Shown piece after piece: positions 53,401 to 64,000 of a stretch of DNA of 64,000 nucleotides; position 1 is the first letter of the stretch, and the number at the start of each line of letters is the position of its first letter. A program made the translations under genes and the position numbers. The stretch is from Lytechinus pictus. Its lineage: Eukaryota. Under the pieces are notes generated by a model. The model had not been told where the DNA came from and searched no databases. It saw only the letters and a program-made list of their open reading frames with translations. Location: the NCBI RefSeq assembly GCF_037042905.1, contig NC_087257.1, positions 21,762,001-21,826,000 on the forward strand. Reading direction: 5' to 3'.

Positions 53401-55228
53401 TATTCTGCATGCATGCATGAATGCACATTATTTTGGTGTTAATTTGATATTTTATTAGACAAGTACGATTAAAACATCATGCAAAGACGGGGAATAGACC
53501 AGGGTGCCAGTGGGTTCTTTTTAGGGGATAGCAAATGGGGATATCATTTTCAGTTGAAAGACAGGCCGCTTACACAACTCAGACCTATTCCTCCCCTTCT
53601 CCTTTTTTTCGACTTGATAAAACGATGGCGAGGTCGACGGTCACCCTAATATACTAATATTGTAGAAGCTTAAAATATGATGCCAGTGAGTTCATAAATT
53701 AAATGAAATAATGTACAGTGCAACTTGCGTGTTTCCCTACAGCAAGAAATTTACCCACATGGTGCTGCACACAACCCAGGTGAGGTAAATGGGTACCCGG
53801 CCGACAGGAAGTAATTCCTCAAAAAGTTGTGCGCACAGGAATCGGTAGCATAGCTTAAAATATAGCCGGGGCAATATAGGAGCACCTAGCAAGGTGGATA
53901 CGTGCGCTATACAAATCCTATTATTATTATTATGATCAACAGCACTGCTAGGGATTTACAATCGTAACCCAGGGTACTGTCTTTAAAAGAGTTGTGATTA
54001 GTCCGATCAACCACAAGTACATGAAAATCCATCATTGTCATTTTATTTTTGCTATATATGTGCACAATATCCTCTTGTAAACGAAGTGGAGAACATTGAA
54101 TAGTCAAGACAACAATCAGTGACGGGTCCAGATAGGGGCACGTCCGGTCCGTGCTCCCCCCCCCCCCCACCTTGAGAGCAATAACACATATTTGTTAGGG
54201 GAATAATTTGTCGTGCATAATTATATTCACAAGTGGGGACCTTTTTTTGCTCATCTAATTTTTCTGACATGAATCACCATTAATTGGGAGTGATCATAGG
54301 AAGCGGGGGGAGGGGGGGGGGGCGGGGGACGTGTCCCCCCTAAATTTGAGGTGGGGGCGATCCCCCCTAAATTTTTTGTTGATGACCTTTTTTTTTTTTG
54401 CTTGTCAAAAAATTTCGGTAGTCCCTCTCTGAAATTTTTTTTATTTTGTTTTTTGCTTGTCAATTTTGTTTCCTGCGTCCCCCCTAAAATTTTTTGGCGT
54501 CCGCCGCCAATGGGAGTGATCAATAATAATTAATAATAATAGAACATTTTCTGTATAGCGCATTACACCTTACAAAGGTCTCAATGCGGGTAAGGAAAAA
54601 GAAGAAAAGATGAGGGAAAGCTGCTGGTAATGTTTTGATATTATTTTCCTTTAAATAAATATGTTTTCAAAGCAGATTTAAATTGCCAAATCGTATCAAC
54701 TTGCCTTAAATTGTGTGGGATACTGAAGACCCTTTTTTTTGGGGGGGGGGGGGGTGGGGAGGCTTGTTATTTTTTCCCTACAAAACTGTCCCCCCCCCCC
54801 CCCATCGATGAAGGTATGAATATACATCATTATCTAGAACACATTTGAAACACTCTTGTATTTTAGATTTTGATGTTGCTGGTTTTCCAAAGTTTTGGTT
54901 GATCGGATCAAACGATGAACTTTTTGTAAGACGGAGCACTTTGAAACATGGGGGAGGGGAAACGTTCTTCCCGGGAAGTATATTCATCCATATACGCTTC
55001 CCCGTCACCCCTCCCCCCCCCCCCCCACTCCTGGACCACCGTCCATGGTGTATATTAGGCAATACCCCATCCCTTTACCAGGATACGAATAAATTAAAAT
55101 ATCTTACCAAGATAGACTTGAAGATTGTGGCTGTACGTATGGCCTCTTGATATCAACAAGACTAATTGCACAAGAGCCAAAATGCTGCAAGTAATACAGA
55201 ATACTTTGAATTTTTGCTGAGCCGTCAT
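47411..55228 (-). CDS. GHDC: GH3 domain-containing protein (GHDC-like acyl-adenylate/amido synthetase), 673 aa; coding exons 55108-55228, 52029-53069, 50920-51058, 50244-50408, 49094-49239, 48441-48547, 47411-47713
   Basis: GH3 motifs KDTEYG, HPLTTY, KTSGTTG, YISTEG, YELVITNTDGLYRYRMGD, EKTSE, QLKIPK. Six GT-AG introns in consistent phases (1,1,2,2,1,0); 2022 nt. Orthology versus paralogy to GHDC is not established. Confidence 0.9.
49674..49891. mobile_element. hAT-type MITE
   Basis: CAGGGGCGG / CCGCCAGTG termini; perfect TSD GTAAAGAT. Confidence 0.85.
51721..52016. mobile_element. MITE next to the GHDC exon 2 donor
   Basis: GCGACGCAGAACG / CGTTCTGCGTCGC inverted repeat near both ends. Confidence 0.55.
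53725..53935 (+). mobile_element. Headless copy of the tRNA-SINE family
   Basis: Core GTGCTGCACACAACCCAGGTGAGGTAAATGGGTACC and tail GCGCTATACAAATCCTATTATTATT, related to 29468-29676. Confidence 0.8.
54295..54512. mobile_element. hAT-type MITE
   Basis: CATAGG..GCGG / CCGCCAATG termini; perfect TSD GGAGTGAT. Confidence 0.8.
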
Positions 55229-57477
55229 TGTTTCTCGATCTTTGTAGGTTGCACTTCAGTTGCACATCGATGAAAACTAGGGGTTGGTTTCGATGAGGTC
55301 TATGTAAAACTCCGTTGTCGGGAAAAGCAATTATCTAAGCTTGCTTTATTTTACATTGATATACACGTTATTTCACAGAAGAAGTTAGAAAACTGACTAC
55401 GCCCTAAGTTACTCGTGTAATTGTTCGACTGTCGAATGAACCAGAGACAGAACGATTTGGCCTTTTCATAAAAAAGAAAGATATCACGACTGTTGTTTAC
55501 CTCACAGACATTATTTTGTGTTTTTTTATGACACTGTGACGGTGAACTTGGACTTTGGACCTAAAATCTTCGAACCCACCTCTCTCTTCTTTCTCTCTCT
55601 CTTAGTTTCTCATCAGGATTTTCCGTGTCACGTACTCTCTCAATTCTTCCCTAATGCCCCACTCTCTTTCTATCTATCCTTCTTTCCCCTTCTTTCTCTC
55701 TATCCCTCTCCTCTCCCATCCCTTACAGTTACCCCCGGTACCCATTTTCTAGCACTCTTTTACTCGCCTTTCTTTCTTGTCTCACGCACTCTTCTCTGAA
55801 GCTCTGAACTATCAAACTCTCCCCCGCTACCTCCCCGTCTCTTTTGTTAATGAATTGATCTGTATAAATATATAAATTAGGTTAGTCAAACAGTGATAAA
55901 TCGTATTTGCTTTAAAATAACATGAATATGATTAAAATAGAACCGTAAATTAGATGGCAGAGTACAAGAATCGCAATGAGTATTCATGATTGTTTCAGTA
56001 AGTCATTCTCTAGCTCCCCCGTTCTCTCCCCAGGACCCACATCACTTCAACTAGTCTTTCGACTTTGTTCCTACTTAGTATTCTTATCTGCAAATGTAAC
56101 ACTCATTTTTCTTGTCAATGTGAATATTATTTTGCATGGAGAAGAAATCAAACAGACTCAATCAAACTCAATGAACTTGCGCAATAAATAAGCAAAATGT
56201 TATGATAATATTCAATGTATCTGTGTAGGCGTGTACACTTCACTGATAAAATTACAGATATGCAATGGTATTCTAATACCTATAAATCTAGGTTTTCAAC
56301 CCTATACTCCAAACCAGACTTTCATATCACATTTCTTCAATATGTTGCTTGGGCAAAGATAATCATTTAATTCATTAAAATTCGATTTTTTTTTTCGAAT
56401 GTTCTCATCCTGCTCATTTCACGACACCATTACTTTTTTGACAACTATTTCCAGGATGATCAACTTTTTTAGAATAATTTTATTGGTGTGCATGTGAGTT
56501 GACGACATCTGGGACTCCATAAAGGTGATGTTTGAGTTAACCGGTAAGCTCGTTAATCCAGCGTTTATCAGAATGTAACCTCATTGTATAATTATGAAAT
56601 GATAAAAATAAAATATTGTAAGGAGTAGAAATGATATAAGTTCAAAGCAGCAAACTCAAATCATCCAAACAATTAGCCAAAGAGAAAATAAGTGAAACTA
56701 TAATGAGACGCAAATAAATCGAACAGAAACAGAAGAAATCTGGTAGTGCACTGATTTTAGTAGAGGGCTGCTTTGCCTAACTAAAATTCATATCAAAATT
56801 ACATAATTGACATAATTACATTAAATCAACCAATCAGAATAAAAAATAAAATAAAGGAGCCAGCTAAAAGTGTAGGAGTCCAGTTCATAAAAAATAACCA
56901 ATATGGGATAAGGAGATGATGAAGATGTCTGGATGATTACGTAATAATGGGAATAGAAACTAAGGAGTCAGGTGAGCGATAGAATGAGTGGGAAGCCCGA
57001 GAGGAATGAAGATGACAACAGGGAATAAGAGGAAAGGAATGCAGAGTGGAAATCGGGATGAATGACAACTGAATAACATTAAACTCACATAACCTAAGTT
57101 TAGACTGCAAGGGCAGTGCTGAAAAGAAATGGAAATGAAATCAAATCTAGACTAAACAGAAATGTAAAACAGCTGAAGAAAACACAAGTTAAAGGAAATA
57201 AACAAAATAACCATCCTATAACAATATATTACTCGTTCTGCTGCTAACGTGTACCGGCCATGCATCCACCTCTAATGAGAGTAGGTCAGCCCACCATGTA
57301 CAAAAAGACCACCTATTTTCTGTATTAAGGTCAAGTTAACACAAACGAAATATTGATTTGCTGCCAATAGGGCCTGAAGAAATGTCAAACGCAACGCTGT
57401 AAACATTTCATCAAAACTTAATTGATGAAGATAAGAGAGTTTAAATTGTTCTCATGGTAGTGCATGTGTGGTTCATA

Positions 57478-57630
57478 ATGCCATTTTTACCTCTGCCATT
57501 TACCTCTACCATTTTTACCTCTGCCATTTTGCCTCAGTCATTTTAGGCCTACCTCCACCATTTTAATCTGTCATTTTTACCTCTGCCATATTACCCTCGC
57601 CATTTTTGCCTCTGCCATTTTTACCTCCGT
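57478..57630. repeat. ~15-bp tandem repeat (CCATTTTTACCTCTG)n
   Basis: Direct inspection. Confidence 0.8.
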
Positions 57631-57941
57631 CCGCCTCTTTTACCTGATGGCACCGATAAATTCTTTTGAATAATATTGTGCTTTTCATTAGTACAACAAT
57701 GCGTCCACTATAATAGCGTCTGGTGCCATGAACCCAATATCTGTGCATCCACTGGAGTGCCAAGAACACATTTTCGTGCAATGGTCATACAACTATTGTT
57801 ATGCCTATTGCATTTTGAGGAGTGCATTGCATGCATGAGTGATTCCATTGTTCAGTTCAGCTTATGGTCAAGAGGTTTAACATTATTGTCTCAGGAGTGA
57901 TTCCCTTTTTTTATATAAATAAAACAATTAAATATAGACTC

Positions 57942-58480
57942 AGGACAAGTCCACCCCAACAAAAAGTTGATTTGAATAAAAATGAGAGAAAAATCCAAAT
58001 CCAATTAGTATAACACTGAAAATTTAATCACAATCGGATGTAAATCGCTCAATTTCTCAAAAGTTGTATGCACATCCTGGTCGGTATGCAAATGAGGAGA
58101 CTGATAACATCATGCACTCACTATTTCTTTTGTATTTTATTATGAAATATGAAATATTCTAATTTTCTCCACATTGACAAGTAAAACAACGATTAATTTC
58201 TCCGTGAAATGTGGAATTAGCATATGCTTCTGTCAAGCTGGTCCTTATGATCATCTGTAAAAAATGAAATATTGTATAATTCCAACACTAAAAAAACATA
58301 AGAAATAGTGACTGAGGGACATCATCGACTGTCTCATTTGCATGTCACTGAGTTGTGCATATCACTGTTTTGTGAAAATAAGCGAATTAACTTTAATATG
58401 TTATAACTTTTTTTATTTTTCATCCGATTTTGATGAAATTTTCAGCGTTATGCTATATTTTTTTAGGGTGGACTTGACCA
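57942..58480. mobile_element. Kolobok-like palindromic element related to 12715-13320
   Basis: GGACAAGTCCACCC / GGGTGGACTTGACC-ATTAA; shared CATCCGATTTTGATGAAATTTTCAGC block. Confidence 0.7.
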
Positions 58481-59226
58481 TTAATAGTTTACCAAGTTGG
58501 CCTCTAGGCCTACATGTATAGCAACATGCTCATGCATTCAAAGTTGAAATGCAAAATGCCTAAAGAGTTCATTGACGTGCTATTCTAGTCACCTGCACGC
58601 AATTTCCGAATCTTTCTATGTCTGGCATGATTACATATCTTTTAAATTTGCCTATATATCAATATGAAAGGAAGCAAAAGTCATTGAACAAAGACCTTTA
58701 CGAACTGGTCTAGTTTTTTTTTTAATTATAAATGAATAATCTTCACCCGCGACATTTATTTATATAGATAGCAATAATAATTGATATAATACTGTAGGCC
58801 CCTTACTTCATATAAAGTAGGCCTGCATTATTCACGTTTCCATTATTTATGATAATGACATAAATAAAATACTAGTAGTCGATGGCCATTAACCTCGAGA
58901 CCAATGATCAAAGAGAACCTACAACTTAAATGTAGCAACCTAATTATTAATTCATAAAAATAACTAATGAGAAAGAAAAGGATGCCAAATGGCATGATCG
59001 GAGAACCAGATATGAGGATGCATGAATGAGCACATATATAAATACTGGGGGGCACTGTCCTGTACAATCAATGACCTGGGGTATATGTGCGGCCCTTAAG
59101 ACATTTTTTTTTTACCACATGCCAGCCGTTCCCAAGCAGAACATTTTCACCCAGTTGGCCTTTCAGCCACTCTTTTCAGGCGTCAGTTCGCAAAGATGAA
59201 TTCCCAAATTCCAGTTCCCATGCAAG

Positions 59227-59523
59227 AAGTGGCGTACCTAGGATTTTCCACAGGGGGGGGGGGGGGGGCAAAACCGTCCGCCAAAATATTTGACAAGCAA
59301 AAAAAAATAAATAAATAAAGGTCTTCAATCACAAATAAAGGATTTTGTACCAGAAAAAAAAATCAAGCTCGTCAGGGGGGCAATAAAGGTCTTCAAGCTC
59401 GTCAGGGGGGGGGGGCAAAAAAGGTATTTCAAGCTCGTCAGGGGGGCACGGATACGTCCTTTGCATGGGTTTTGACTCGTCAGGGGGGCAGACTGCCCCC
59501 CCCCCCCCGTAGGTACGCTAGTG
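59227..59523. mobile_element. hAT-type MITE with internal CTCGTCAGGGGG repeats
   Basis: AGTGGCGTACCTA / TAGGTACGCTAGTG termini; perfect TSD CATGCAAG. Confidence 0.85.
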
Positions 59524-60867
59524 CATGCAAGCACCCCCATATTTAAGGGTAACTTTTTTAGTCCTTTAATATTAGCTCCTCATTTCATAACAAGCTTTAT
59601 TTAAGATTTTGGGGCCTCACGCCCCTACTCTGTACTGGCCCGTTCCAAATCCGAGTATGTGGGAATGTCACGGTGGAATTTAAATAAACTTGAGTGAACC
59701 CCCCCCCCCCCCCACCCCCCGGCTATATGAATTAGAGCACCATCCACTGAGAGCTAGAGAGGAGTGACTTGATGCGATGAATTAAGATAAGAAAATCAGT
59801 AATGTATCTATTGAAACTGAACTGAAGAATAAATACCAAACTGAACATAATTGAATATATACCTACGTGCCTAACTCCGGGGGGGGGGGGGCACCAGGGC
59901 CTACCTAAACTGAACAGACCCCGGGGACAAAAGCAAACCCAAATTCCTCCAGCCCCCATCACGATCTTCCATTCATCCGATCCTGGAAGATTTTTTAAGT
60001 GGCGCGCCATGCGCCGCTGTGGTAGAAAATTTGGACCGGCTCCTTGCATCCATCGATCCGCCCAGCTCCTCCGGCCGGCGCGCTCCGAGCTCGGCTCGAG
60101 TACTCCGATCCACTAAAGACGAGCTGGCTACGCCATTGGCGCTACATACGAATCGAACCTCTCCTAATTTTCTCGATATGAGTTTCTCTGACATTCAATT
60201 CAAGCATGATATTAAGGAGTACTTATCTGAAAGATTTACCAGAATCATGGTAGGAATCAATATGCTGCTGTTTTCTTAAGTCTTTATTAATTGAAAAAAA
60301 AAACCAGAGTTTCGCCTAGCTGTATCTATCACTCACTATCAGTGAGTGGGTGTGTACGCCCAGAGAGCTCGCGGGCGCGGCCGGAGCTCCCTGGGTTTAT
60401 AATAGGTGTGTTAGACGTGTGACTGTCTGTGAGTGACCGGTAATTTCCTCTTTTCTCTTTTCCCTTTTTTTTTCTTTCTTTCCCCTTTTTTCTTTTTTTT
60501 TGCTGTGCCCCTCGCCCACCCAGGATCCGCCTATGCAGAGCATCACCAATTCAGAAAGCAATAGAAATTCCTTCTAATCCTATTTTTCCCGTTCCGGAGA
60601 CCCAGGCTCAAATTTGTGATTTCTCATTCCAAAGTATGCCCTTTATGAACTACTCGGCCAGTCGGCTCAGAGCCATAGCACTGGTCCCACCGAAGCTCCC
60701 ACACCCGCAGCTATAGCTTGCGTTATATTTGCATAATAATCTAGACTGGTGAATTGGTCTAAACCCCGTCATGTGACTAAAGATAGTTCCAACCAATATC
60801 ACAAAATTGGCAAAAATGCCATGAATCCAGGTATCTGACGTCAACCCCGGAATAGTACCCCGAGCCG

Positions 60868-60918
60868 TGACGTCTGATGTAAATAGTTCAAAAGCTATTC
60901 ATTGGTGGGCGGGGCTTA
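60868..60918. promoter_or_regulatory. Clustered CRE-like, CCAAT and GC-box motifs
   Basis: GTGACGTC, ATTGG and GGGCGGGGC within 50 bp; could lie inside a transposon. Confidence 0.3.
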
Positions 60919-61081
60919 ACCCAAACTCCTGTGCACGTAAATGTGCATATATGTGATCAAGCCAGGGGCCACACAAAAGCTACGGTAATAAAAAGAATTA
61001 AGGAATTCCCAAAGATTGCTTTTCATTTAGTTATATCTACATTCCTATTTGATGTATTTAATTCCAATGATGGATATAAAT

Positions 61082-61249
61082 CAAATATGTATGGCCTTCG
61101 ATCAGAGGCTTGGTGAAACTATGATCCCCTAGGTGATGCAAATTTGCGACCATTTTCCCTCGGGGCTGCGCCCCTCAGAAAAATAGTCGCATTCCGGCCT
61201 CACTTCGGGAACCATAGTTCCAACCACCTCTGGTGGCCGTACATATTTG
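61082..61249. repeat. Foldback with central CTCGGGGCTGCGCCCCTC hairpin
   Basis: CAAATATGTATGGCC / GGCCGTACATATTTG ends; AACTATG / CATAGTT and GCGAC / GTCGC inner arms. Confidence 0.65.
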
Positions 61250-62980
61250 TTCACAAGCTCGATATGAATCTAGCAAAACGCTCACGCGTTTTTTTTCCAT
61301 AGCCGCCACCAATTATGCCTACGATCTAATGAGTTCCGGAGACCCCCTTTTGTGATGTGGTCAGTTCCAGAGCATTGTATTTTTAACAATCGTTGATCCA
61401 AGAGCCTTTCCGGAGACCCCTGTTTTAAGACCAGGATTTAGTTCCAGAGCCCCTTATTTTTTTGTTTTTGGTGCAGCACATAGGTATTATGTTATAATTC
61501 GAGTACCCATTTGGGCACGGGCGTAGGACCTGAGAAAATATCGCCATAATCAAGGCATTTTACACTCATTCAATGAACAAGGTTATGATATAACCTTGTT
61601 CTCTGTTGTATCTCCTTGTGTGGCAAAATAAGGGTGGCAATGTTTGGCTTATTTTCTCTTTTTCTTTGGGACAAATGCTTGATTTTTTTACACTGACAGT
61701 TTCCATTACACCTATTTATCTTACAACTTGGCTCTTAAGTAAATTTGATTCTTTAAATTATTTTTTTCTTAATTAAAAATAGAGATTGAAAAATGAAAAT
61801 TTTCTTGTCATACATACTTTCCACCAATAGAGGGCGTACACAAAAATATGCCCAAAATTCAAGTTTTTGAGCGCTCTGGTGAATACAAAAATTATTCTCA
61901 AGTTACTAATGAAAAATAAATTGCAACTGTAAGGAAATTAGTCATTTTGGTCACAAAATTGAAATTTTAATGATTTTTAAAAGTGTGTGCTCTGTACAGC
62001 ATTGGCATACCATACTATGGTCCATAGTCCTACCTGTAGATTCCCCACAGGCAGGATGGTTGCAGTGGACAAGTGGCATTTTATGGAGATGGAGAATCAT
62101 CCAACACATTCCCTTTAATCTAAAAGCCACTTTGATGCCGCTAGGATAAAATATGTTAGACATGTTTTTCATTTGATTTGTCTTGCAGATTTTAGACAAA
62201 AGATTCCTACCTAACTACAGATCAACTTACTGGCCAGATACAATAGGAAATATGCTTTTGTAATGATAATTACTTATTGCTTCCTCTTGTTGGATACTCT
62301 GAGTAGACACATGGCTAATTTTTTGACAGGGGAAAGCAAAAAATTAATGTTGCAATGTTTATTGAAATGTGATTTGAAATTACTCGCTGTCAAATGGCCG
62401 CAACTGTGACACGTAACATCACAAATAAATAATATTCTCTGAGGCTAATCTTAATTTTTTTGTCATTTGGGTGTGTATGGAAATTTGTAAAAATAATGTT
62501 CATTTCAAAATTGTCTAATTCTGATGGTTTTTCACATTTTGAAATTGTTATACAATATTTCACCCCACTTAAAGGCATAATAAGGCTTTGAGATATTTTG
62601 TCATATGTGTTTGATATCCACATTTTATGATCAAAGGAAATTTGAATATTCGCAAAATCTATTTTAAACTTTAATTGCTTTTCAGTTTTCCCATGAATTT
62701 GGCGGCATTACAGGTCACCACCAAAGGCTTCATAAATTAATTTGCATTTCTTTGTCATTCCATCTTTTTAACCTCCATGCCTTAACCATGATAAACCAGG
62801 TAGTGCATTAAATTCAATTGAACTTTGAAGCAGCACTTAACTTTTGGAAGAAGAAGAAATTTGAATATTGTTCTTGGGATTTACTTTCTCCTACATACAG
62901 GCTACACTTGTTTTTTTCTTTCAATGGAATTTGTATTTGCTAACTTTCTTTACTAGAATCCAAGTTCCAACTATTAACTA

Positions 62981-63372
62981 AGGGCGTTTTCACATGTGAA
63001 TAATGATTGCGATTGTAATCTTGACTGTGATTTATTAGCATTCATGATTCTAATCATGTTCTAGTTTGGTTTCACACGTGCTGAATATTATTAGCCTTAT
63101 TTTTCACCGGAATCATCATTCAAATAACTACCGTGTGAAAGGGCAGTAAGTAAAATCAAATTTCTCTTACTTTCTTCCTTCCTTCCGTCCTTCCATCCAT
63201 TCATTTCTATGATAAACCCTTTCCTTTTTTCTTTCTAACTCTTCCTTTTCTTTCTGCCTATTTTCATTTCTCTCACCACCCTTTCACACGGTGAAAAAAA
63301 AATTGTAATTTGAATGATTCCAGTGAAAAATAAGGCTAATGACAAATTTTTAGCAAGTGTGAAACCAAACTA
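62981..63372. mobile_element. Harbinger-like MITE plus an inverted partial copy (63280-63372)
   Basis: GGGCGTTTTCACA / TGTGAAAGGG; 63280-63372 is the reverse complement of ~63060-63143. Confidence 0.55.
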
Positions 63373-64000
63373 CAGTGTGTATAAAAAGAACAGGACAGAT
63401 TTGAAAAGTCTATAAAATTTTTGTTTCAAATTATGTCTATATTTGGGTGTTAATAGGTGCTCTGAACTCTTATCTTTCAAATGCCATTAAAAAATTTAGT
63501 TTTGTTCATGCTTGAGCGAACACGGAATGTTTTTGTCTGGGGTTTAAAAGGAGACTTGCGCCAGAATGGCATAAAATAATAAATATGATGATCAGACTTC
63601 TTGCTAATCAGCAGACTTCCTCTTAACCTTTTCATTATCTTTGCCGTAATTTTCAAATTATGCAGTCAAAATTCATTTTCAAATCTATTTATTTGCTTGA
63701 ATTTTTCTGATTCTTTTTAATATGCTCTCTTTTAGCTTTGAATATTCTCCTCAAGCAAAAACAAAGTATAGGAGAGCATGTATTTTTTTTTCTCAAATCC
63801 TTTCATTGTGTGCTCCAAAGGTTATGGTGCCTTTTGAACAGTGCCATACAGATGGGTGGGGGCTCAGGGATGCTCCCCCCTCAATTTAAAAAAAAAAGTG
63901 GAAAGGAAAGATAGAAAGTAAAATATGATATCATTTCCTGAATATTATGTCAAAATCTATTACAAAATTTGATATTGCAATAAAAAAGTGGGAATATTTG

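Noticed and set aside
59700-60540. GC-rich island with short ORFs as a possible first exon
   Set aside because: No recognisable protein or linked splice pattern. It is bounded by MITE-like termini (GGATCCGCCTATG), so probably transposon-internal.

Overview
AT-rich, intron- and transposon-rich metazoan genomic DNA. It looks like an echinoderm/sea urchin, which is an inference from the SINE and MITE types. There is one 185-N gap. I reconstructed four spliced protein-coding genes, all on the minus strand, with GT-AG junctions and reading phases checked by hand: (1) cytochrome b561 (4 coding exons, 243 aa), one intron of which is almost entirely a 51-bp minisatellite; (2) an uncharacterised 5-exon, ~430-aa protein with two AT-hooks and a ZNF653-like N-terminal helical motif but no zinc fingers; (3) CCDC47 (12 coding exons, 483 aa); (4) a GH3-domain (GHDC-like) acyl-adenylate enzyme (7 exons, 673 aa). 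Introns and intergenic DNA carry a decayed long-TIR DD41D Tc1/mariner element, a 5'-truncated CR1/L2-group LINE, tRNA-derived SINEs, a Helentron/Pearl-like element with an internal ~160-bp array, and many non-autonomous DNA elements, several nested (hAT with 8-bp TSDs, Kolobok-like TTAA, Harbinger-like). The most unusual observations concern the AT-hook gene. Its last codons and stop codon form the first unit of a degenerate ~140-bp tandem array filling its 3' UTR, and skipping its symmetric exon 2 would create a stop codon exactly at the new junction. No CRISPR array, rRNA or bona fide tRNA gene is supported.
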